Assembly: GCA_004431415.1 (NCBI GenBank)
Contig: QPMI01000053.1
Coordinates: 1-64,000 of the forward strand
DNA: 64,000 nt
Source of the DNA: Cyanophora paradoxa CCMP329
Lineage: Eukaryota > Plantae > Glaucophyta
Direction: 5' to 3'
Positions within the stretch are counted from its first letter, which is position 1. The number at the start of each line of letters is the position of its first letter. Below are positions 25,036-37,444 of this stretch, piece by piece. The notes beneath the pieces are model-generated. The model was given only the letters and a program-made list of their open reading frames with translations. It had not been told where the DNA came from and searched no databases. Position numbers and translations under genes: made by a program.

Positions 25036-25555
25036 GCATTTGGACACGTACTAAAGACACAAGTCCGGGCTACCGCGGCCGTAGTTCAAGTGTGGGATGT
25101 ACACTGCAGCTGCATCCAACTTTCCGTCCAACTTCCGTCCAACCCCTAATCGTAATCGTAATCAAAGACCTTCCACCAAGCCCAGTCCGTCCTAGGCCTA
25201 CCTTTCGATTTCGATCTGACCCCCTTTTTCGAATTCGCCCCCCCCCCCCCCCCCCCCCCCCCCCTCCCCCCCCTCGAGCAGCTTGCTTCCCGGAGAGTCC
25301 CATCCAGCATCGGCTTCAAATTCCATCCTGAAGGTTATTCCCCTGTCACTGCTATACGGATTTTGTCACACAGTGTTGCCAAATTGGTCCTTGCAGAGCC
25401 GCTTTCTCCAACAGAAGGATGCACAGGAGAAACTCTTGGAGAAGGAGCGTGAGAAGCTGGAGGCCCTCAAAGCGCCAGCTCGCTGGTGGGCTGGGCCCGC
25501 GGCCGCGGCGGCCGCAGTGTAGCCTGGAACTGCGTTTTAGTACGTGTCCAAATGC
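25036..25555. mobile_element. TIR element enclosing a TAF7 3' fragment
   Basis: Inverted GCATTTGGACACGTACTAAA ends; 25274-25473 matches the reverse complement of about 37460-37640. Confidence 0.7.
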
Positions 25556-25596
25556 GAGTCGTCCTACCCTAGGCCGTCTTTGATTGTGATCTCACT

Positions 25597-28596
25597 TCAT
25601 TGAGACGAAACTGCAGCTAGAACATTGGCTAATTCTCGCAGCATCTCCAACTGACGTTCACGCTCGTCCACACTAACAGCATCCCCAAAGTTCTCCACAA
25701 GCTCTGGTGAGATGTCACAGGTGTGTGTAGATACGTTCAAGGAAAGTGGCGCCTCTATGGCGTTGCCCACATCCCCCGCCCGCTCACACGTACCCTGAAT
25801 AATGCCCTTAATGATAACAGGAGATCGGTCATGCTGCTTCAGATGAATCAAAATGCGATCACGAGCCTGCTTGAGTGTAAGCAAGGCAAACATGCAACAA
25901 GCACTGATTTTTCACCCCTGACATGTCTGCTTTGATGACATGGGCGATGACCAGAGCAATGTTCTGCAGAGTGAACTGGCCGTGCTCCAGCTTCTCCAGG
26001 TAGAGGTACTCCTGCAGAAACTATTCAAGATATTGCAAAAATGCACTGCAAGTCAATGCAACCCACCTTGTCCTCCTCAGACTGTGCCAATTTGTGAGAG
26101 CACAAAATTATTAGCAATATAAACTCAACCCGGTGCTGCAGAACGCACGAGTTCTCTACCATGATCCTTAAGAAACTCACTCTCGCACTCCTTCAATTAA
26201 GTCAGCAGTGCTTTAGAACACTAATAGAAATAAAGCTCGGGTAGCGCACCTGAACCCTCCGGTAGAATTTGTCGAACAAATCCATTGTTCGATCAATCTG
26301 AAGAGCGTCGTTAAAGAGCAACTTCAAACTTCCACAGTATCAACCTCCTCTTGGCTTCACCTTCTCGAAATCGGACTCTTCAAACTTCCCAAGAAGGCGC
26401 TCCATTCGCTGGCCCTGAATGGGAGATGAGTTCTGGCAAAAGAGCGGCTAACACATCGCATGAAACCTTCAGGTGAATGAAAAGAGATGCAATCGAAGAG
26501 ACGATATGCTCCTCTTCTGCGTCTCCTTCCTCATCGCTCCTTCTGTGGCATTAGTATGCCAGAATAGTCTGAATGCTCCCACAAGATGCAAACCTCTTCT
26601 TCTTCACCCGAGCATAGCTCCCCTGTAGATACAGTCACAAGCTTGGAAAAGGTTAAAGGACGGCAATGAGCCTTTTGCATATATGCCGAGAAGATCGTCT
26701 TCAGCCCGAGAGCATCAACGAATCGCTCACATGCGCCTCCACATCTTTGCAGAGCAAAATCCAGGACCTCCGCCGCGAATTAAGATTAAATGAAATGTAT
26801 CAAGAGAGAGAAGGGAGGGGGGCGGGGGGAGGGGGGGAGGGGGGGGGGGGGGGGCGCTCAAGCTGGGCACTTTTAAGGTACAGCGGCGAGCAGCCGGCTG
26901 CTCCCTACGCATGGTCAGCATGAAAATGGAATATTTCGGGAAACGCGCTTTGAAATCGCGCACTTGGTGATTAGCAACATGAGCTCTATGCCTTCGCATT
27001 CAATAAACGTTGCCTGTTCGAAAACGTTTGTGTTTTCACGACCACAGAAAATATCATTGAACTCGAAACCTGAACAGGCGGATGCAACAGTGCAGCAGCA
27101 ACGCAGTCGAACAGATTCTCCATGACCTCTTCCTCTTCACTCGATCCAGGTGTTCGTTTCTTGTAGACCTACTCAACGGTCAAATGCGCGGCTGCAAGCA
27201 GGGGCAGGGCTTTAACGTGCTGCAACCAATCGGAGAAGGTGATCAAGTTTCTCTGGGTCCGAGAAAGTCTCACGGTTCTCCTTGGACTGCTGTAAGAGAA
27301 TGGCGAGAATCTCCGAGGCGTAGAGCTGATCATGTGTTATGAGCAATCACAATGGTGAGACACACATGCTTTACTTTGTTCTGATCAAATTCGCGGACAC
27401 GAAGCCTCCCAATCAACCATTTCATCAATGGGGTCTTCTGTTTGGCTAAGTTAGGAACCATTGACGAGTGCACTCGAAACGAAATAGCTCCGTACTTGGC
27501 ACACGATACTCGTTACTTCCGGCTTGACCTCAATCATGTTCTCGATAATGTTCTGGCGAAGTTGGTCAAAACACACTGCCAAAGAACACCGAATCAGCAG
27601 GTTCTCACGAGAGAGTTGTGGACTGCCTTGGCATCGGACTCATTGCCCTCGTCCAGGCGCCTATAACGTATGGTCAGTTTCTGGCAGTCCGATGTCAAAA
27701 TCCATTGCTTACTTGAGATTCTCAACAAGAAGTTCGACAACATTGTTTGCAAGCAGTGCATCCACGAGAACCTGTTGATGGCCGATACGAGGCGGGGATG
27801 GTGAGGGAAAACAGGTGTAAACCCGAAAGCACAGGGGGGCAGCACGAACAGCCGAGTCTTGCAGATTAGCAACTGCGTCTGGCTCTGTGAGCTCCTGCAG
27901 TAGCTCCAACGCATCGCCAGCAATATCTGGTTGGCCATTTGAAATGCGTGATTTCACCTCCTGAAAATGAACCCTCGAGCTCTCACCGGTGTTCTCGTGA
28001 GCAAGCAGGCCAGTGATGGACTGAGTGGCGTTGAGCTCCACGAGATCCGCAAAAAGCTCTGGCGACGCGGCGACGACATGCATTTTCTTGATTTCGTCGT
28101 GTAGCTCAACCTCGGAGTCGACAAATCTGTGGCGGCGATTCAACAAACCGGTGCGCTCGCGCACGCTCAGCCTGCACGTACTTGTCCGGCTGCGGAGGCG
28201 CGTCAGCTACGAAAAGAGCAACAGCGACTTGGCTTCATGAAGCCAACGGACCTGGTCCGGAAACTTCACGCGCATCTCTTGGTTGCGTGTGAGCTTCCTC
28301 TCGAAGGCGAGGACCTGCTTCTTGAGCCTGCGCTAGAGTTGATCTCTCGATTCGAACGCGACAAGGCGCCAGGCGGGAGCACCCAAAGAGATCGAGCGCC
28401 TCCACGGCCGGCGCTTGCTCGAGGAGCTGGAGGATATCCTGCGCACGAGACCCGCTCGTTTTCAGCGACGCCGTACGCGCGCGCACGCGCTGCCGTGCAC
28501 CTCCTCCGTGCGAACGTCCGGCCCAGCGGCGTCCTCGTCGTAAAGCGGCGCCTCGCGCAAGTCCAGCTCGGGTTCGCCATCCGCTTTCCGCTTCAT
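25597..28596 (-). CDS. CTNNBL1: Beta-catenin-like protein 1 (PRP19 complex), multi-exon
   Basis: FVDSEVELHDEIKKMHVVAASPELF...GLLAHENTDIAGDALELLQELT; starts MKRKADGEP. Confidence 0.9.
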
Positions 28597-31186
28597 GAGT
28601 CCCGCAGGCCGGCGCAATCAGGCAAAAGAGACTGGCTGGATTCGAACCCGAGTCACGCAAGGCGCAATTTGATTGCTCAGCATGTGCATGCATGAGCTCG
28701 ATCGAGCTCGAGCTACGCTTATACGTATAAAAAGGGGGATCGAGCGCGCGAGCTCGAGCTCGACCTCGAGGCCTAGCCTAGTACTAGTAGCTATATATAT
28801 AGGGGCCTGGGGCGGGGGGGGGGATCCGATGATCGAATTGAAGGCCTCCTCTCGATCCTTCCAGATCTATATATGTATAGCTCCTCTCCTTGATATTCGC
28901 TAGTATATTTGAAGTACCCCGCGCAGCGGTCGACAGTCCAAGGGCTCAGTCGGATAGAGATTAAATATTGAAGGCGTGCGAGCCATGCCCTAAGGCTCTT
29001 CCGTTCTTCAAATCCAAGCCCCAAGATCCAGATCAAAAGCCCCCAGCTGCAGGTCCGTATCAAAGCCCTGGCCTTGTCTGCACCTGCTGAGCCCAAAATC
29101 GCAGGCGGGTGGCGGGTTAGGGAGCGTCAGAAATGCCAGAGGGGATGGCGTGCAGGGCCGCACGGCGCAGTCGAGCATGCGCATGCAATATGGTCGAGGT
29201 CCAGCCATCCCTACCGTAGCACTGATCAGGACAATCCGATGATCGCGCAAATTCGCTTCACACGATGGTTGCGGTCTTTGCGAATGCAGCGGCAGTGGCG
29301 AACGTGGCGCGCACAAGCTCCAGAGATGAGGAGGGCCCGCGCTGGGGCTCTCCAGCAATCCGAGCAAGCGTTCTGGCGAGCTTTTCGTCCTGGCGTACAC
29401 GCCGCTCTGGATTGGCGCGGTCGCCGTGCTGGTCGCGCCGCGCCAGTACGAGGCACGGAAAGACACGATGTTTCAGGCCCACGGAAGCATGACCCGAACC
29501 CGTTGTCCGGCAAAACCGAATATGAAGATTCGATCAGAGGGTCAGCCTAGCCGAAGACAACATCATTTTGCCGAGTGTGGCGAGCTTCGAGATCGATTCT
29601 TCCCGGTGTCGGTGGTGGTGACCCAAAAATGTCCTTCAAGCATACCTCCTCGCGCGCAGCAGCGCCCTCCCAAGCGCCCAGGGCCCCGTCCTCGTCGTCG
29701 CCCTGACGCCTGCAGGGGGGGCAGGGGGCGGGGGGGGGGGGGGGGGGGGGGGGGGGGGCGGACGACCGTCAGGAGGAGCAGGAGGACCACCATCGGGGGG
29801 GGGGGGGGGGGATTAGGACGGACGAAGGCTGCGAGGCGCTCTGTGTCGATAACTTTAAAGGTGTGCCATGATTTCGCGGAGTGCAGCGAGCTTCGAGATC
29901 GATTCTTCCCGGTGTCGGTGGTGGTGACCCAAAAATGTCCTTCAAGCATACCTCAGCGCCCTCCGAAGCGCCCAGACCCCCGTCCCCGTCCTCGCCCCGA
30001 AGCCTGCAGGGAGGGGCGGACGACCATCAGAGCAGAAGGAGGTCGCGGCTCGCGGTGTGGCGCACGAACGGGCCATGTCTGAATTCGAAGGCTGCGCTGG
30101 CTCGGAACTGGCGGCTAAGAGGTCATCGAACGAGAGCTCAACGGGTCTATTTTTAAGCTCAGTCTCAGTCTCTCGCCCCCGAGGAATTTTGGAGCCGAGA
30201 CTCGGGGGCGGTGGGGCGAGCGACGGAAGCGGCGGAGCGGTAGCTGTCTTCTCCGCTCTGTTCTCTGCTGCAGAGCGGATAACTACGATGGGGAAACGCC
30301 GAGGAGGGGCGACGTCGTCTTCGGCCGACGCTTCGCTCGCTGAATCTGCACGCTGGCCTCGGGGGCCGGGCTCGCTGGGGGTATCGCGGCCAGCGCTGGC
30401 GAAGCTAACGGCCTGTATCGATACAGGAGGCGGCGGAGCAGCCGGGACCGGCTCTGCCGGCGCAGCCGGATCCGCATCCGTCGGCGGCGGACCGCGACGG
30501 CGTCGAAAGCATCCGCAACACACCGTCATGCTGAGTTTGATGCACGGCGAGCGCCGTGGCTCGGGAAACGCGAAATGCGCATAGGTCGAAGAGTGAAGGC
30601 CAAGCTCTAAGGTCTAAGGGACCAGAGTTAAGTGGGCGATTTGGGCGGAACTTGGGCTCGGGAAGTTGGTCGGAACTTGGTCGGAGTTGGTCGGAACTTG
30701 GTCCTCCGACCAGGGTACGCTACATTTCGTTCACCCGCAAGCCAGGCTTAGCCAGCGGTCCCCCGCAGCCGCTGTTCTTCAGTTCTTCAGTAGGCCCTGG
30801 CGCTCGAGGGCGCGGATCCGGCCGGACGTCGCCGATGCCGGCGAGGGAGCGGATTCTCTATCGTGCGGCATCCACCAGCTCCAGAGCCGGGGCGCCGGTG
30901 GGGGGCGGGCAGGATGAGGAGCAGGCTATAGCTAGGAGGAGGAGCTGCGTACCAGAGGCGCGGACGCTGTCCAGGCCCGGCATCCGGCGGCCACGTGCCT
31001 GCCCCCACAGCGGCGCCCACAGCGCCGGATGCACGCCCTCCGCGACACGCCCGCCCCACTGGACCGTCAACAGGCGACGGGCGGACGTCAGGCGGGCTGC
31101 GGGGCGCGGCCCCGCCCGGATTCGAACCCCAGGTCTCTGACGGCCCCCGACTGCGAACGCAGGGAGCTGTACCTGGTCCCTTGCAA

Positions 31187-31773
31187 ATGGCGACCGCCCG
31201 CGAGTTCACCGTTGAAGGTTCGAGCTGCAGCGCTTGTAGCTCGAGATGCGCGCATATCGCGAAGCGCGTCTAACCGTCGGCACTCTCGCGCGCTCCGCCG
31301 CCAGAGCTGAAGAAGCACCGGACGAAGAACGACTGCTGGCTCGCCATCAACGGGAAGGTCCGCGCGCAGCCCCCATGCCGCCTTCTTCGACCCGTGCGAG
31401 GTTGTCTGTGCGGCTAGGTCTACGATGTGACGCCGTTCATGGATGAGCATCCCGGCGGCCCCGAGGTGATGCTGGATTCGACCGGTTCGGCCTTGGTGGC
31501 AACTGCAGTTTGCAGGACCTCGCTGACGCGACCGCAGGGCGTGACGCGACGCAGGACTTCGACGACGTGGGGCACTCCGACGAGGCTCGCAAGATGCTCG
31601 AGAAGTATCTCATCGGAGTTTACAATGGCCCCAGTGGGGCGAGCTCGAAAAAGGACGACGTCAAGCGGTCAAAGCCAGAGGGGACCGAGTCCTCTGGGCT
31701 TTCCAAGATCGCCCTTCCCCTGTTGGTCGTCGCGGCTGCAGTTGTCGCGAAGTACGTTTTCAAGCTCTGGTAG
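31187..31773 (+). CDS. CYB5: Cytochrome b5, tail-anchored (4 exons)
   Basis: DCWLAINGK|VYDVTPFMDEHPGG...GRDATQDFDDVGHS; C-terminal TM helix. Confidence 0.95.
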
Positions 31774-32013
31774 CTGGATCCCCAATTTCAATCTCTATCA
31801 TCTGTCTACCACCTACGAGAGTTAGCAGTTTCAATTGTGAAAGCATCTGGACACGAACTACGCACTGTAGCAACCTGCTCTATTCTTAAGGTTCGGGTGC
31901 ACGGGACTCCGCCGAGCAGTACTCCGCACTCGAACGAAACGATCCATGCCTTTGAGGGAGAAGAGCATAACCCGCAAAGCTGGAGGGGGCGGCGCTGGGC
32001 CATAGACCTTCTA

Positions 32014-32483
32014 GCATTTGGAAAGGCATTAAACTTTAAAACGCAAGTCCGGGCTACAAGTGTGGGTACACTGCGGCCGCCAGGTCCGGACTGCGGGCCC
32101 AGCCCCCCAGCGAGCTGGCCCGCGGCCGGGCCCTTCGTGGCCCCCTAAGGGGAGTAATGCGCCTCCCCACGGACACTCTGGCTGGCTGGCATGACGCGCC
32201 CCCCCCCGGCGCCGACCGCAGGCTGACTCCATGTCGGGCCCCCAGGGCCCGTAGGGGCTCCCGCCACCGCCCCAAGACAACCCCCGCCGCCACAAGCACC
32301 CGGCGTGCGGGCACCTGTAGCTCTAGCTAGCCAGAGTGTCTGCGGGAGGGCGCATTACTCTCCTTACGGGGCCACGCAGGGCCCGCCCGGCCAGCTCCCT
32401 GGTGGGCTGGGCCCACGGCCGCGGCGGCCGCAGTGCATCCCACACTTGTAGCCCGGACTTGCGTTTTGAGGACGTGTCCAAAT
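32014..32483. mobile_element. TIR-family MITE with two inverted arms
   Basis: Forward arm at 32014-32180 and inverted arm at 32327-32483. Confidence 0.7.
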
Positions 32484-32510
32484 AATCGCAATCGACTAAA
32501 CCTAAATCCT

Positions 32511-33899
32511 TCAGCCTTCAGGGGCAGAATCATTCAAAGCAACACAGACAACAGCCTTGTGATGGCCAGTGTAGTGTCGAATTGTCTGTGGAGAGTGCCA
32601 GTTGAGTGGAGACTGGAGCACAGAGTCGGGGCACTTTTACCTCTCCTTGTGACAAATCCCAGAGCTTGGCGGAGTTGTCCGAAGATGCTGTCACAAGGTA
32701 TGCAGAGTCTGCAGAGAAGACACAGTCCCAAACCTAGATTCCTGTCAGCTGCAGTTTTGCCTCATCAGGCCGAAAAGAAAACAAACCCATTGCTTGTGAC
32801 CCAGCAGCTGTCTTTCCAAACTCTGATCTTCGACATTCCAGAGTTTGACACTATGATCTGCTGATGTGGTCGCCATCAACCTGTCAAAGGGGTGAGAATG
32901 ACCGCATTCAAGGAACTATAACGTTGAGGAGACGCACTTCGCATCTGGAGAAAGAAGGCATTTCAATATATATGTATCATGGGCCTGGAGTGCTGTCAGT
33001 TGACTTGAGAGATTGGAATGATCTGTTCACAGGCCTGTAGCCTGACGCATGGGGCGTCCGGAGTGAGCTTCTCCGCCCGCGGGAAGGTCCACAGGAACAC
33101 TGTGCCTTTGTTGTTTGCTGCTGTCATGCATGTACCATCTAGCGCAGTGGAGACTGAGCGAATTGCCACCTCCCCCGCTGGAGCCTGTGTAAACAGTATT
33201 ACAGGCCACCACAAATTCGGAGAGTGCAGACCATTTCCACACTACATGCGTCGGCTGTCAAGTCCCACACACGCAAGTTGCCATTTTGGTCACCCGAGAT
33301 GAGCTCGGTCTGAATAGGAGATTGTGAAAACGCTTGAAACCGCAGGGATTATTGGCTGAACCTGGTTGGCGTGGAGAGCCACACTTGTAACAGGAGCTCT
33401 ACACTCATACTCGCGCTGAAATGTTGGTGTTCTGCGCACCGTCAATGCATGCATGTGGCATCGAGGTAACGACGTAAAGCTTGCCTCAAGTCCCAGAGCT
33501 TGACTGTGCCGTCTTCGCTGCCAGTAAACATCCACTTGCCATCATTCTGAAATCCAAGCGCCGTGATATTGTTCGTGTGCCCCTCAAAGCTGTTGACCTG
33601 CCTTTCCGGTCAGACCGCAAACGAAACCGCGCCAAGGCTCGCGCACTGGATTCGGGTTGTTCGTGTTGATTTCGAAGAGGCGAACGTGCGGATTTCCTGC
33701 CGCCGCGATATACTGCTTGTCGGGCGTAATCTCTAGCCTGTTCACTTGCTGCACGCTCGTCTCGGCGAAAGACGACTGAGAGATAGCATGGGGCACACAC
33801 CGAGTCTGCGTACTGAAGGATACGGTGGCAGATCCCGCTCGGCGCCTGCCAGAAGCGGATTGTGTGGTCGTAGCCCGCGGTTGCGAGGATCACTGACAT
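32511..33899 (-). CDS. LST8: TOR complex subunit LST8 (WD40), multi-exon
   Basis: [24 protein letters not shown]; [11 protein letters not shown]; [20 protein letters not shown]; [15 protein letters not shown]. Confidence 0.95.
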
Positions 33900-34716
33900 C
33901 TGTAGCGCTAGAGCCGCGCAGTCGGGACACGTCCCAGCAACAGCGCGTATCCCGTTGCCGCAGCCGCCCGACGCACGCAGCTAAGGGGTGCAGCGCTCTC
34001 AAGCGCTGCGCTCACAAGCGCCTCGATCGACTAATCCTATACCCCCAGACTGAGCTGCTGAGCTGCTGCTCAGCTGCTGCTGAGCTGCTGCTCGGCTGCT
34101 GCTGCCGCTGCAGGGCCCTGCCGCGTCAGCTGCGGCGGTTGCGTTTCAGCGCGCGGCGGTTGCGTTTCAGCGCGTTTAAAAGCGTGCGCAAGGAGTGCGA
34201 GCTCGGCATTCTGCGTTGGGCGAGAGCAGCTGCGCATGCAGCTCGGCGGCGCCGGTGCGTGGCGCCGGCGCTGCGTCCTCGGGCGCTGTCATCCTCGAGC
34301 TCGCGAGGTGCGATGGCCTTCAGATCTGGGCTCTCCCAGGATCGCTAACGCTCCGTACGCGTGGCTCTCGCGCGCAGATTACGATTACGATTTTTACGAT
34401 CGCAGGATGAATTAGCTGCGCTAGCTAGCTCTCCCTCCGGTTGGTTGACCACCAACCGCTTCCGCCCACAGTCTTGTGCGGCGCCGGTTAGCGCGTGGAC
34501 CGGATAGAGGGGCTCCGTTCCCCAGGACACTCCCTTTGTTCACAGCGTCGAAGTCGTGCCGTATGCACGTAGTGTGTGCTGTACCCGTAGACGCGTGTGT
34601 CACAGGCCGAGTTTGTTCAATTGCATGCTTGCGAGGCGAATCGGAGCCTGCACCCGCGCCGCCGCTGCGGCGCGCGCCCCGAAGAGTCGTGGCCTGCTGG
34701 CCGCACGCCACGGATC

Positions 34717-35614
34717 ATGCTCTCTGCACGTAACCAGCTACGTCCATCGGAACGCAGCCGCCGACGAGCGCTCGCGGGAACAACACGCTGACGCCAGGGA
34801 GGCGGGCGATGCGTCTGGCGCCGGTCAGGATCCGAAAGAACGCATTCTTGAGCGCGCTCTTGGCCTCGTCCAGCGCATGGGTTGGACCACAGAGGCGCTC
34901 GCGGCGGCGGCGTCCGAGCTCGGGTATTCCCATATGGCACACGGCCTGTTCCCGCGCGGCGGAGGGGACCTCATCTTGTTTTTTGTGCGCAAGTGCAACA
35001 GGGAACTCTCACGCCAGCTACAACACCGTGACCTGCAGTCGTGCGTGCACGCGCCTCGAGCCTGCCCGTACTGCAGTGGCTCAGTCTGTGCGCAGCTTGA
35101 AAGTGCGAGATCGCATTAAGACCGCTGTCCGCATCCGCCTCGAGATGATGTCACCTCTGATCAGCTCTTGGCCCCAGGTGCTTTCCTCGTCTTCGATGCT
35201 CACATTCTCTCTTGGCAACCGCACGGCAGGCAATGGCGACACTTGCGCTTCCCCAGAACGCCCCCGATGCAGCCCAGGAACTTGCATTCCTTGTGGATGA
35301 CATGTGGCATTACGCTGGCGATTCAGCTGTCGATGTGAGCTCTTTCTTGACCCTTCCTGCTTGATTTCGAAATTCTCACGACTTCACAGATCAACTGGTA
35401 TACAAAGCGTGGACTCCTCGCTGGCGTTTACACGGCAACAGAGTTGTACATGTTGACGGACTACTCATTGAATTTCGAGGATACGTGGCGGTTTCTGGAT
35501 CGCCGTGTAGATGACGTCATTCTCGTTGGACGAACCCTCAACCAAGCCTCGGCAGGCTCCGCGGATTTTCTGGGCTCAGCGCTAAGAAGTCTCGGTTCTC
35601 TCTTTGCTCGTTAA
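34717..35614 (+). CDS. COQ9: Ubiquinone biosynthesis protein COQ9
   Basis: GWTTEAL...HGLFPRGGGDLI; LVDDMWHYAGD..D|INWYTKRGLLAGVYTATELYMLTD...FEDTWRFLDRR. Confidence 0.93.
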
Positions 35615-35769
35615 TGGAGATGTGCACGTCTTAGCTAGCTTTAGGCATACGTGCGTATTAAGTACGTGTCCAAATGCTAATCAGCTGGAGCTATCTGGGG
35701 GTTGCGATTACGGTTGAGGTCTATAGGCTCCGTACTTCGTACTTAGTGGAATAGAGTCTAGGTCTATAC

Positions 35770-36400
35770 TGCTCTTTCTAAGCGACGGGCGCGCCGGACC
35801 TCCTACCTACAGCGCTTTAACTGTACCCGTGCTGTTTGGGTGAGTAGGGCTATGCCTTGCAAGGGTAGCCCTTGCGGTCAAGGCCACTTTTTGGGCGGTC
35901 AAGGGTGCCTTGACAAGGGTGGACTTCGCATCAAGGGCCCCTTAAGGGTTCGCCATACAAAAAATTTGTATGGGAGAGCATGTGCACCGGTACCCCATGA
36001 CCCCCCTACGCAGACCAGATTGGTGGAAAACAGCTTAGTTTTGACCAATAAACGTTGTCTAGATTGAGTGCAAGGTAGTAGATCATGTATCTGATCGAGT
36101 TTATAGCTCTGAGTTGAGTTGCTCTCGAGCTCGCTTCACGTTTTGTATGGCGCATTTTTTGTATGGGGAACCCTTAAGGGCCCTTATTCAAGGGCGACCT
36201 CCGGTCAAGGGTACCTTGTCAAGGACGACCAAACCCTCAAGGCGTACCCCTATGGGTGAGAGCGTAACCCGCAGGGACTGGTGCCCTGATGGAGAAAAGG
36301 GGATGGGAGCCTAGCTAGCTACGAGCTGAGCAGGCGCTTCGCGTCCACACCCGTGCCGTAGCGGATCAGGATGCCCCTGCGAGAGTACGATTACGATCGC
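35770..36400 (-). mobile_element. Fanzor-derived end/omegaRNA-like repeat, copy 1 (interrupted)
   Basis: Same sequence as the copies at 45554 and 50751; split by a MITE. Confidence 0.8.
35845..36252. mobile_element. hAT-type MITE
   Basis: 8-bp TSD TGGGTGAG (35837-35844, 36253-36260); imperfect TIR TAGGGCTATGCCTT / TAGGGGTACGCCTT; related sequence near 24343-24800. Confidence 0.85.
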
Positions 36401-37444
36401 TCAGTGCAATGTGACCGTTAGCGGCGACTTTGAAAAGCCACACCTGCCTGCGCTGCCCGATAGCCGTCAGCTCATAGGTTGACCGCCTGCGCTCAATAGT
36501 GTCCTGCAGGCAGGGAGATGCCGCTGCTGCTCGCTGGGCGCCCGCGCTACGAGGCTTGCGCGACGCGGCCGCGGGGGCGGTGCGGGTCGGTAGGCGGGGA
36601 GTGTCTCGCGGCATTCCAGAACGCTCTTGGATGCTATACTATCACTTCTGGTCCCCGTGCGTCAGTTTGAGTTTGGCGAAACGCGGGCAAGGGTTGTTGT
36701 TCCTGTGATGGCGGCACTGGGCGCGCGTCCCTTTGGCTGTACAACTCGTCAAATTAGCTTTATCAGCGATTGCGGCCAGAAGCGCGCATCTTTGTCGGAG
36801 TTTGATCTCCTACAAAATGGCAGCCAGGCCGTCGTCGAGAAGCTCGGCCTCTCGGGGCCCGTTGCGCTGTTCCGCGAGTTCGATCATCAAGGCAAAGACC
36901 TTTCCTCGTTCTTCTACGCGGCCGATCTCGACTCGAAGGCGCCGGCGGATTTGAAAAAAGCGCGCGACTTTTTCAGATCCTCGCAGATCGGCTACGTGTA
37001 CCGGGCCATCATGCGCAGTGAGCATTTTGCGCATACTTTATTGAGTTCTTTCGGCGCGTGACCGGAGCTCGTGGCGCAGGCGCTCCCTCGGCGGATCCGG
37101 AGTCGCCCAGCCGTCAGCCTGCTGGGGATCCACTGCTGGACGAGTCGCCCACCTGGACGAGTCGCCCACCAGAGGCCTTATTTATGCATGAAATTGCATA
37201 AGGATCCAGCTAGGATCAAGGTCCTGAGATTGCGATTAGATCTAGAGGTGCTGAGGGGCAGCTGCCCACAGATTATGGGGTACAAGTACGATTACGATTA
37301 CGATTACGTCCAATCCGTCACACTCAGTTGCCAATCCCGTCTAACCCGGTCTGACAAAATGACCAGTCTGCTGTAAGCGTGCCGGGAAACTCATGAAGAC
37401 CGAAGGGCCTTCAAGGTGAGCAGGCGCTTTGCCGGATGATGACT

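Noticed and set aside
29942-30529. Gene starting MTVCCGCFRRRR
   Set aside because: Low-complexity ORF running into repeats; insufficient support.
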